DNA from: Parasitella parasitica NRRL 2501
Lineage: Eukaryota; Fungi; Mucoromycota
Assembly (NCBI GenBank): GCA_025201805.1
Contig: MU619367.1
Coordinates: 26,119 to 90,118 of the forward strand
Direction: 5' to 3'
DNA: 64,000 nt
Part shown: positions 52,713-64,000 of the stretch, piece after piece
How positions within the stretch are numbered: the first letter of the stretch is position 1
Layout: each line of letters starts with the position of its first letter
The notes under the pieces: generated by a model
Told to the model about the DNA's origin: nothing
Seen by the model: the letters and a program-made list of their open reading frames with translations, nothing else
Database searches by the model: none
Position numbers and translations under genes: made by a program

Positions 52713-53506
52713 ATTGCGTATTAGTAAAAGTCAAAGCAAAAAAAGGAAAACGAAAAGGAGGAGTGTTGCACTTGCATGTGATGTTTTCTCACAAAAATCA
52801 TCTCTTTTATCTACTAGCCGGTATTTCAAAACCAAACAAACCAATTATGAATGCTTTGTAGCTGCATTGGCAGAATGCCCCATAAACTAATTCTTCTATC
52901 TTTTTGAGCGAAAGCTCGTAATTGTAATAAAAGCTTATAGCATATAGATAGAATGTGAAATGTAAAGGCCTAGCTACTTGATTAATGTAGTAATTCAAGT
53001 GTAGGACAGTACTCGCCAGAATATCACTCTCTTGTCGATCCACCCTGTTGGAAATGGCGCGATAACCATCCACAACATAACATAAGAAATGGCTGTCTGT
53101 TATGCACAATGCCTGTATCCCAGAGTTGCCTTAAGAGCACACAAAGTAGTTATGGAGCCTGTGTGACATTTAGAGCCTTGTTCTGCATTATTGTCTTGGC
53201 TACCCGCTCGTATCAACGCATTTCCATACTACCTATGAGTCTCATGGGCTGCTCCTGAATTGAAAACAAATACCCAACACCAAAAAGCATATCGTACAAT
53301 CTACTACAGTTCAGAAAATTATTTTTAAATGATAGCTCGATTTACGTATTTCGTGTTCAAAGAAATAATAGTATTCGGAAGTTCTATGATTTCAATTGGT
53401 TAAATATTTCAGCTGGTACTTACATTGTTAATCTATCGTTTCACATTCTTAAAAATTAAAATAGAAAGACTCTTTTCTGCAGTTATTACACAACAGAGTT
53501 GAGGCC

Positions 53507-53606
53507 ATATTTGTTCATATAACTTCTGCTAAAATGATTGTGGAACCGCGATCTAACATGGAAAACTTAGCGTTGACTTGGCACTATCTGGCAACAACAT
53601 TGGCTT
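53507..53606 (+). repeat. Dispersed repeat, copy 2 of 2508-2606
   Basis: Direct sequence similarity. Confidence 0.85.
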
Positions 53607-54154
53607 TTTGATAATAATTTATCATAATATTTAACAAAAAAAAATAATAATAATAATAATTATAAAAATCAGATGTTTGGTCATAGCTCTGTTAAAAAAA
53701 CCGTAGAACCTACAATCTTAATTGCAAAATTGTGGATTATTTATTCCTAAACTGTTACTTCACGAAGATGTGTACGAGACAGAGCGTTAGCGGAGGGTTG
53801 AGCACACGATATCCATTCGCTGTTAAAGGCATAGCCAAGATAATACATGTGCTCTTTGATATGATTGTACAACGTAAAGTATAAATTCCAACATATTCAA
53901 TTGCACATATTCATTTTGTCACATTTGAACAATCCGAAGCTCCAGCAGAGAATCCGAAAAAGCCTAATATTTCTTACCCATCTTATAGGCTCATCGGATT
54001 CGAATTGACGCATAATTGCATGACATGACATTCGTAAAAAGGACATCAACAGGGCGCTTCGATTAATGCAGCCATAAATAACCACACATCAATAATGAAG
54101 AAACCCCCCCCCGGAGTTGGTTTTTGATTTATTGTAGGTGAGTGTATTATATAT

Positions 54155-55349
54155 TTACATAAACATAGTGACATAGACTACCAAAGTAGCAAATGATAAG
54201 ATATACCCATTAGCTGTGGACTTTGTCATTTGTGAACCAGACTTCGCTTTTGCGTTTTTATCTTTAGTCATTGACGAAGCCTTGGCGGTAGAAGCAGACG
54301 ATGATGAAGCGGCAACAGGAAGCTGCATACTCAGCTTGGGTACAGTGGCAGCATTAGAGGCAGCATTGACAACAGCAGCAGGAGCAACAGCAGCTTCAGG
54401 ATTGATTATGGTATGAGGCTTGTCATCATTATTACATTCAGCAGCAGTAAAGAATTTGTAACCCTTGTTTTTTAACAATTCAATGACTTTGGGGACCTGA
54501 TCAACGGATTGCTTATATAGATCTATTAAATGTACATTAGCAAAGTTAGCATTAGAGCAATATTTGTAGGTTACCGTGCTGTAAACTTATAAATCCAGGA
54601 TCCTCATGAAGGTTCAGACCAGTATCGTTACCTTGAACGGCCATTTTGAAGGAACCTTGAATCAATGAAGAAACTTCACGCAGCATATAGACATCATAAT
54701 CGGTAGGATCGACATTCCAGAGCAAGACTTTGTAACCCATGCTCTTCAAAAGACCCTTTACTCGTGCATCAGCTTCACCAAAGGGAGGGCGAATATAATG
54801 AGGCTTGACACCAATGGCCTTTTCGATAGCTTCTTCAGTTGCCTTTACTTCATAGATGATTTCCTCATTGCTTAAGCTCATTAAATGAGGATGAGAGAAA
54901 GTATGAGATGCAATCTGATGACCAGATTCGTACGCGCGCTTCAGAATTTCAGGATACTGTTGTACATGAGCGCCCATTACACAGAAAGTAGCCTTGACAT
55001 TTTCCTTGTCAAGGAAATCCAATAACTCGCTAGTGTAGTTACTTGGCCCATCGTCAAAAGTAAGTGCCCAATGATGGTCTTGTGGACAGCCGTATATATC
55101 TTCGGGTGCTGGTGCATTTCCGCAACTCTCAAAGCACTCATCGCTATCGGTACCATCGCATGTGGAATCGGGACACACACCGGAACCAACTTTACGGATT
55201 GGAAGTTTTGGGACTGAGCTCATGTCAATACCTTTGAGCCACTCTGGATTTTTGGGGGTTTTAACGTCGTCATAGTCGATTTGGCCTTGCACCAGGGTTG
55301 ACACCATTGCCAGAATAAACGCGCTAGAGATGAATTTCTTGGCAACCAT
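54155..55349 (-). CDS. Chitin deacetylase (CE4/NodB), likely GPI-anchored
   Basis: Signal peptide, TFDDGP, HTFSHPHL, RPPFG, LQHD, Ser/Ala-rich stalk and hydrophobic tail. Confidence 0.93.
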
Positions 55350-55746
55350 GTTGTTTCTGAAAGGGAATAATTGTGTCGAGTACAAGCAAACGCTACAGCA
55401 CTTGCTTTTTTTATATTCAATCAAGTGGTGTTTGTTTGCAGTGGTTTAATCATATATATAGCCAGTATCTTAATTCTATACCTTAGGAGATTTCCCAAGC
55501 CAATAGTGTGAGCTAACTCTTGTCTTTTCCATGGTTTGAAACAAAACAGAGTTGGAGTAAACCAGAATTTTAAGCTGAAATCATTCCGAACAGCTCAACG
55601 CCGTTTGCAGTTGGCACTAAACGTTGCACGCATCAGAAGCTATACCTGCAGCAACTGAATTGACTTTAAATCATTTACAACCAACAATAATTTCGTGGAT
55701 TGGCACTCCCTTTTTTTTTTATCAATCAACTCTACAATTTTCAACT

Positions 55747-56819
55747 ATGCTGGGCACTTTTGCTTCGATAGAAAGGAAAGTAATTGGTCAAGGCACTTGT
55801 GTTGCTTATAAAACTTATTCAAAATCACACGGAAAACTTGTATTTCAGCATTACAAGCGAGAATTATGGGCCTTGAAGAGGCTGGCAGTTGCCACCAAAG
55901 AGGACTCGGTTCAAAATCATGTAATTGCATGAAATACAACCATGTGAAAGTAAGCTAATTTTCTGAAATAGATTGTGCAATTTCTGGATAATCAGGAGTC
56001 TGTCAGCAGCTATCATTTGATATTTCCCTTTCACAAAGATACGTTAGCGATGAGAATGAGCAGCAGCGCCAAAAATCCGAGTTTAGCATACGACTTCTTA
56101 CAGCAGATATCAAAGGGGCTATCCTATATGCATCAGCTTGGGATTATTCACTGCGACTTGAGTCCAAGCAATATTTTGATAGACGACACATCTGGCTGCA
56201 TGTTGATATGCGATTTTGGGTGTGCTCATTTAGACACAGTTATTAACGAGGATAGCCAATGGGTTGCAAATGAAGAGATCGGCACTAGGTAAGAAGCTTT
56301 ATTTACTGCCATACTTGTGATATCTGAGCAATTGCCAAACAGATACTATAAAGCACCAGAGCACTTGTTTGGATCTCGAGCATATAAGCCAGCAACGGAT
56401 GTTTGGTGTTTGGGCGCCATTTTCTCGGAATTGTTGATAGGATATCCAATCTTCAACGGTGAGAGCGATATTGAACAGATTGGAAGGCTTGTTTTGCGAC
56501 TTGGAAAACCTTCTTTGCAGGTGCAGACTGAGGTGAGTGATGCTTGACTTGTAGTGCATGTCACTGAAATGGTTCTATAAAGGAAATGACAAATTACCCT
56601 GATGCGAACAAATTGATCTTTTTTGACGATAACGATTCCGAGATAGAAGAAGACTCTGATCAAGACGACGGTTTTATAAGCATCAGAATGCCTCTTGCAG
56701 ATTTGCTCAAAAAAGAGCAAATCTCTGATGATAACCAGGATATCATTATACGGATTCTGACTTGGTCTGTAAAAGATAGACTGACTATACCTCAAATACA
56801 TGACCATCTCGCACTGTAG
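55747..56819 (+). CDS. Divergent CDK-like/CAK-like Ser/Thr kinase
   Basis: IIHCDLSPSNIL, DFG, IGTR|YYKAPE, DVWCLG, FNGESDIEQI. Confidence 0.8.
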
Positions 56820-56904
56820 ATATGTTTATAATGATACATTTACATTTATTTGTAAAGGAAAAAAAATTTGGTAATGGTATAGCTATTTTGTACACTTGTA
56901 TTAT

Positions 56905-58199
56905 CTATCGTCTTGCTGCATAGTTTCTGATTTGTTCAGATTTGCTCAGTGCTCTCTTTCTCCTGAATCTAGTCGGTGATGGTACATGAAGGCTATCATT
57001 TGCCTTCAAAGTAGTAGGTCCAGTTTCATCGGTTTCATCCTCATCATCAGAGCGAACATCAGTAATGCCCGTATTACTTACTAATCGATAAACCACCTTG
57101 CAAATCATAAAAGTCCAAAAGATAATCAAGACATAAAGGCCAAGCATTAGAATCAGGATTATATACTTTACAAAATGAGGAAACCAAAATCCATTGACAG
57201 GATCCAATTTGAATTGAGGAACGTAGAGCTCCGGCTCTGAATAGGTAGAGAAAATGATGCGTCCATAATTATAAATACGAGTGTACGTCCATGAGATCAC
57301 CATGACTAAAAATGTCGCATCACAAATGAATCCATAACCAAGATAATGCAATGTCTTTGCCAGCTACAGAATCAAATTTAATTAGCTCCAGTTATACAAC
57401 GCTACGCTTCTCCACTTCCGTTTGACTCACACATAAAAGAACATCAGGCAGATCCATACAAACAAACACAGCGTTACCGATAGCTGTGAAATTGCATGCA
57501 TAACTGAGACTGATGAGTAGCAGCGTGTTGGCGTGATGAATCATATATTCTGTGTAGTCTTTTCTCGGTGCTTCGATCTGAAGGACGAAAGGTTGCTGTA
57601 TCCAGAACGCAAATTGAAGGAGATAATAGTATTTGAAATAGCCCTTCAACTCCCAAACTGGATAATTGCGCCAAAAGTAAGAAGTGTCATTCCATGCGGG
57701 AGAATTATAGAGTATAGCCTATCAAATTATCAGTACAGCTCCAAACCCTCCCATTTGGAACAAGAAAATTACCAAACCACTGCAAAAACTGATGGAATAA
57801 TAAGCAACCAGCCAGCTTTGTTCTGCAAATCTAAGCTTCTTTCCATGAGGGACTTTTAGATGCACAGACAATGGCTTTAATATGTATTCCATGGCAGAAG
57901 CCCGCAAAAAGGTAAAAACCAAAAAGTAAAAGAACAAAAAGGCACAATCCCATAAACACTTTTTGTACAAGCCGTTTGGTAATTTGCCAGAGATAAAGAT
58001 AAAATGGTCGCATATCTCCAGATGAAGGAAATGTCCTATAAGAATAGGCAGGACGATCTTGACTGGAATATCTGAAAAAATGCCTACATTTAGCATCTTT
58101 GTGTGTGACATGAACGAATTATATAATTTGTTTACCTATCTGATGTCTATTGAAGAAATCCGCCAATCTTCTGTCTTCAGCCACTTCAATATCTTTCAT
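56905..58199 (-). CDS. LAG1: Ceramide synthase (TLC/Lag1 family)
   Basis: RFAEQSW, FKYYYLLQFAFW, RKDYTEYMIHH, MDLPD..AK..YL Lag1 motif, DVRSDDE. Confidence 0.92.
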
Positions 58200-59650
58200 T
58201 TTATAAATATATTGTTATTGTTTGATCAAGAGGAACAGAACGAAAAGGGAAGACATATGAACATCAGACATCAAACAAAATGATTTTTTCATTAGCCGCC
58301 AGGTGTCAAAACTGTTTTGATAAACCCATAACATTGATCAACAGCCCTTGAACCTGTTATTGGTTATGTTCGCATAAAGTATATGCTCTAATGTAGGCTC
58401 TTCTTCCCTATTTTTGAATGAAACAATACACATAGAATAACAGATATTTTCATGAATTAGATCAATTGACTCGAGTACAATTCTAATGCAAGAGCGCATT
58501 GACATTGATATACCGTAGAGTGTATATTCTTTGGTTTCATGGCACATCGCGCACATAACGCTGTTTTATGAATGTAAAAGAAACACTGGTCGAATTCAAT
58601 GTCTTTTAGCTTTCCTAGGTATGATCGTCTTCCTTTAGTATGTATTGAGGATGGAGAGACAGATATTGCCTCCAAGAAAATTCAAACATTCTTGAAAATC
58701 ATAATATCCTATCATAAATCAACAGAAGACTATTTCGGGACAATTTTTATGAAACAGATTTGATATAATTCCCCCAAATACCCAGAAGTTGCCCCTCTTG
58801 AATAGGTTTATTGGAACACAATGTTTGAAAAATGAATCAAATGATAGACATGAGGATACAAATATATGCCTCATTAAATGCCAAGAATTGCATGCATTGT
58901 TTTATAAAAATCAGTGCATTACTTGTAGCAATCTGCATTCAAAGCCGTTTCTATCGTCCAAAAATATCGGCTTTTCGAAACAGAAACCTATCACTGCAAT
59001 CACGTATAGGCTCTTATAGGTTGCTTATCCACCTGCGCAACTAACTCTGATACTTCTTTACTGATAACACCCTTATTTTTCAACTTTATAAAACCATTTG
59101 CATGTAATTCAAGGCAAATCAAGATCCATATACCCGATTCCGTAGTTTAATCCTTAAAACCAAAGGGTATGAAACTGCCACGTTTTGAAATACATCTGAT
59201 CGTACGACACGATAATCCAATACTTTTCATTCAGACACCATATTGGCCCCAACAGCCAATCAAGTGGGTCCCAATATTGACGAATGTTGATCAAAAATGT
59301 CCCTAAAATCATGCACTGTTTGAAGTTGCACACAGCTTTTAGGTAACCACAAAATTATACAGACATGCATACAAATATTAAGTCAAAAACCTCAATAGAC
59401 CATTTTTATGTGCTGAAAATTACAATCAAAAGGATATTTAGTGATATAATCGATAATAATATAAACAGAAAGTGATTCGATATGTAGATGGATTGCCAGT
59501 TTTTCGTAATCTACTAAAGAGGATAGCCACCCCAACATCAGTAGTTTTCAACGGGATCTCAAACATGGAAAACTGTTAAATATGAAATCGAAATGTTGAA
59601 ATTTCAGCTCACTTTTCTTCCTCACTTTGCTACTAGTAGATATACGCAAA

Positions 59651-61556
59651 ATGACTGATTTCACAGACTCCCTCATCAAAAACATTGGTGCTCACTCATC
59701 CTCTCCTGTCATGACATCTATCAACATGGGTCAATTGGGCGAAAAGCTTCTACAAGCTCGTACCTCAACTCTTGCTTCTTTATCTCAAGCCTTATCAAAG
59801 AGACCCAATGCCATCACCACTACCACCATCAATGACACAGAAATGCAGCTTCCAGCTTCTGAAAAGGCTACAAGTCAATTGGAACTCAATGTCGTTGAAG
59901 CTCGCAATCTTACTATCGCTGATGCCCGTAAAGCTGATACTTATTGCATCGTACATTACGAGGGAAATACGACATCTACCCTTGATAAAGTGCAGGACAG
60001 CATTTTGCCTAGTTCTCCTCTCGTCATGAGACCACAGGCAAGTAGCGGTGCCTTCAAAGCGTTTGAGATTATGATGAGTGCAAGTTCTCCCAAATGGATG
60101 CATCGCGTCAACTTGTAAGTATAGCTTAAGCACTCGCAATCTGTTAATTCTGACATCTACATATAGTGATGTTACTAATGGAAACCAAGAAATCGCTGTT
60201 TTTGTATATGATCGCGGAAACAAACTACCTAATGGTGAGGATCGTTTCTTAGGCATGTCAAGCATCGTACCCAAGCTGGTCAATAAGAAGACAGTTGAGC
60301 TCATCTTTCCTCTTCATGGTCGCCATGGTGACGACCAAGAGGTCACTGGAGATGTTCGCCTTCAAGTCACTTTTACTGACGCTACAAAGGTAGGTTTAAG
60401 CTTATATTTGGATTTTGCATCATGGATTTCTGATTTTTCATTATAGGCTAACCTTAAGCCTGAAGACTTCCGCATTGTACGCATGATTGGGCAAGGCTCA
60501 GTTGGAAAGGTGTATGAGGTTGTCAAGCGTGATTCAGGCCGTACCTACGCTATGAAGGTTCTTTCAAAGCGTCTCTTGTTGGCCGAGAACCAGGTCGACG
60601 CGGCATTCAATGAGCGTAACGTCCTGGTGCAAACTCTTTCTAGCCCTTTTGTCGCAAACCTCAAGTACAGTTTCCAAACTACCAACCATCTCTTTTTGGT
60701 GATGGATTATTTCCCAGGCGGCGAACTGTTTGATTTTCTGGAACGTGAGCGTTGTCTTAGTGAAAAACGCTGCCAGTTCTTTGCCGCAGAGATTGTGTGT
60801 GCTTTTGACAACATTCATGCTCGTAATATTGTTTATCGCAACCTCAAGCCCGAGAGTATCTTGCTCGATGCTCATGGCCATATCGCTTTGACTGATTTCG
60901 GTCTGTGTAAACAGCTGACGAATATGGACTTGATTCAAGGTGTTCCTCATGCCATCACACGAGAGTATCTTTCTCCTGAAATGGTAATGCAAAAGCCGTA
61001 TGGCATGGCCTCTGACTGGTGGACTTTTGGCGTCTTAATGTTTGAACTCTTGACTGGATCCCCTCCTTTCCATTCCACCGAAGAGGACGAGTTATTTAGA
61101 CAAATCCTCGAAGCTCCTGTCAAGTTTCCTGCTGGTGGCTGTATCACTGAGGAAGCCAAAGATTTCATCTGTCAATTGCTTGAGCGCGATCCGTCCAAGC
61201 GCCTAGGTAGTAAAGGTGGCGTCGCTCAAGTCAAGGCACATGCCTTTTTCAAGAATTTGAACTGGAATGTCGTATACAAAAAGCAAATGCAATTACCTTT
61301 CGTTCCTGAGGTGGAAGAGCAACTTCGTGAAGAAGCCATCGCTGCAACTGCTGCTGCTGCTGCTGCTGCTGCTATCAATATCCCAAAGACCAAGGCCGAG
61401 TCTGTCAATACCGTTACTATGCCTTTTGCCGACCAAACCAAGTTTAAGGGATTTAGTTACATGAGAGATGATATCATAGCAGTGAAAGGCGAGCATCGTC
61501 TTGGCATCAACCCTGAAGATGAAGACCCCGAGGTTGATTTCTGGTTTAGACAGTAA
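59651..61556 (+). CDS. C2 domain + AGC kinase (Sch9/Ypk/PKB-like), catalytically degenerate
   Basis: C2 (VVEARNL..FLG), GQGSVGKV, YAMK, YRNLKPES, DFG, FKGFSY hydrophobic motif; introns 60115-60167, 60390-60446. Confidence 0.88.
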
Positions 61557-61866
61557 AAACCCTCATCTTTTTCTCGAACAGAGTACCTTCTTCTTTTTGT
61601 AAATACTTCAAATTCCAACAAAGCACAATAAAACAGACTTGTTTAGATACCAAAAGTTTGTCATAGTCCATAGCCCTAAGACATATATTATGTTTACCAT
61701 TTCGATTTATTTTCCGACTGAAAGCTTGTGAAACTAGGCCATTTTGCTGCAACCAAGACAATTGGGCGTACTAGTGTCATTGGTTGTTAATGCATGGGTT
61801 ATCACTGTAAAAATTGAGACACCATTCGACATTTATTCATGTCTTTTCACTCTCACGTAATCTCAA

Positions 61867-63343
61867 ATGTCGGTAAAGCCAAAATCTGATAAACATGTGC
61901 CTACCGTAGCCATCAACAATGTACCTATCACCAGCGCAATCCCATTGACCACAGAAGAACCTGTTCGTAGGCCATGGCTGAAAACAGAGCTGCAAGAACT
62001 GAACAATGAAGCAGAGGAGTATCCTGAGGACGCAAACATAGCTGATGAAGACGACGATACATCCAACGCATCCGACACAGCCGACAGTGACGAAGATTCA
62101 ATTACGGGCCAAAACAAGATTAAAAACATCATTGCCGCCAATGACAAGGACGAGAGCGATGGGGAGGAAATCGTTGAAGAGCAAAGTTCCCCAAGGAAGG
62201 AAGAATTCAAAGGAGGCGACATAATGGCCTACTTATCCCGGGAAATGAGTGATTATCAAGCAAAACAAGACAGCATGACAAATGAATACGAGAGAAAAGT
62301 TCGCCAGGCAGAGACTGAAGACGATTTACTGCAGGCATCTGATCCTGATTTGCTGCGTCGCACAGAGAGCAATAGACACATTCCTTATGAAGGCACAATT
62401 CAGCCTCCCAAAAGGTCAAATACCTTACACAGTCAAAGTGATCAGATACAAAAAGACTTGCTCGTGTTTTCAGATAATCCAACCGTCATTGAAGAGTCTA
62501 CCAAGCTACGTGTCGTGCAATACTATGGTGCTGGCAAAGGCGGCATTATGCCAGCTGAATTTCGTTCGAAACGTAGGCCGAAATCCTACTTGGTAGCCTG
62601 CGACTTTAGCAAAGAGAGCTTGTATGCTATAGAATGGACTATGGGGACAATGATGCGTGATGGCGATGAATTACATGTAGCAACCGTTGCTAACCGAGAT
62701 GACAATCCAGATGTAGTAAAGGCTACGGGCTTGGATCCTAAAGGAGAGGTAAGCATTACATTCTTGGATTTAGTATTTTATGGTGTTTCCTTTGCTAGTT
62801 CTAATACAATGCTAAGCTGCACGCCACTTCAGATGCTTTGATTACAGAGGCCAAAAAGCTTTTGGGACAGATGATGTTGTTTAATATCAAGTTGGTAACT
62901 CATGCAATGATTGGACGTGTCAAAGATGTGTTGAAATCCTTGGTAATATCAGCGTTCGGCAAGTTGGCTTATCATTCACTAACTGGAATTTATTATAGAC
63001 TCGAGAACATGATTATACAATGCTGGTTTGCGGTAGTCGTGGAAGAGGCTCTGTGAGAACGTACGTTGTCAGAAAAAAATTGATGTTGTATACACATATC
63101 TCAATTTTATTACCGTAGTTTGCTGATGGGATCAATATCCACTTACTTGATACACAAGTCGCCCATTCCTGTAGCTGTTATACGCAGACAAAAGAAAAAG
63201 AAGAGAGTCAAACACCAAGTAGTAGAGGCGCATTCATTGAGTGAAAGTAAGAGAGGTTCATACAACGCGTAAAACTTTTTCTGATTTATTAAAAAAAAAT
63301 AGGTGTTAAGTCTGGTCATTTACACGTAGATGAATTGAGTTGA
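61867..63343 (+). CDS. Universal stress protein (Usp) domain protein with acidic N-terminus
   Basis: YLVACDFSKESLYAIEW..DGDELHV, LVCGSRGRG, LMGSISTYL..KSPIPVAV. Confidence 0.88.
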
Positions 63344-63661
63344 TGGTGGCAATATCAGTGAAATGTATCAAGGCTTTGAATATAAAAATGGATGATATTT
63401 TGGACATCAATAAGCAACCATGTCATCGACTTACAAAACTACAGTTATTTAATATTCTTCACAATGGCTGCAAGTTATAGATATTTTGATTTTTTGGAGT
63501 CTTTCGTTTTAACAACAATAATAAAATAGTCTACTTTTAACAGTAGCTCTAGTTAAGGACTACTTTAAACATCTCTTGATACCTGACCGTATTCAAAAAG
63601 TTAAAAATCGACAGTTTTTGGTGAAAGTCAACTTTGAAAAAGAAGAAAGTCACTTTTTCGC

Positions 63662-64000
63662 ATGGTAGAATCACAACAGCAACAGCAACAATCTTCTAGC
63701 GATTCCAACAACAGGAGGCCCATGTTATGGACCCATGTTGTCAAATCTCGAAAAAAAGGCAAAAATCAAAAGGAACAGATTGTTTCTTTCAACCCAACCT
63801 TGATAACGAGACCAGTAACTGAGGCAGAGTCGACTCAGAATGCACTCAACGGCGCTACACCTCCGGCTCCCATGGCCGTTATACGTCCGTTCATTAAAGG
63901 AATGGAGCAGGATTCTATATTAATTGACCTTACGACTATCAAAGATAGATCGCTCTTGAACAAAGAACTTCTCAAGTTCAACGAGGAAGCTGAAAAACAT
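63662..64000 (+). mobile_element. Open ORF running off the window; probable ORF1 (gag-like) of a LINE
   Basis: Intronless MVESQQQQ..LWTHVV..DSILIDLT frame with no stop to 64000; resembles mucoralean LINE ORF1 N-termini. Confidence 0.5.

Noticed and set aside
1-64000. CRISPR arrays, tRNA, rRNA and U12-type introns
   Set aside because: None seen; the tandem repeats are microsatellites or poly-Q/P codons, and the introns examined are ordinary GT-AG

Overview
Intron-rich, AT-rich eukaryotic DNA from a mucoralean fungus (Mucor/Parasitella-like, judged from gene content and intron style). It holds about 25 protein-coding genes: the POL3 3' end, a Siva-like zinc finger, uL1m, uL5m, PDAT/LRO1, kinesin-7, thaumatin, a Zn2Cys6 TF, an LRR protein, a GNAT-like protein, GH16, a Q-rich WRKY/FAR1-like TF, SNX4, UQCC2/CBP6, NDUFA12, CstF-50, DES1, a formin, peroxisomal Lon, a chitin deacetylase, a CDK/CAK-like kinase, LAG1, a C2-AGC pseudokinase and a Usp-domain protein. 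Gene-poor islands of TE debris lie between them, and there is one assembly gap. The standout is a ~2.35 kb non-autonomous DNA element (27544-29888, minus orientation) with PIF/Harbinger-type termini and a TTA/TAA duplication. It carries a divergent USP-fold (C19-like) cysteine protease, then the C-terminal remnant of a Fanzor/TnpB RNA-guided nuclease (DEYLTSQVCNNC...RRVHSVLQC; missed by the ORF track), then a structured right end that is a candidate omegaRNA. Also notable: a 5'-truncated LINE with a 14-bp TSD, 6-nt and 4-nt kinesin micro-exons, a possibly tail-anchored kinesin, and a catalytically degenerate Sch9/Ypk-type kinase. All assignments come from reading motifs by eye; no database searches were run.
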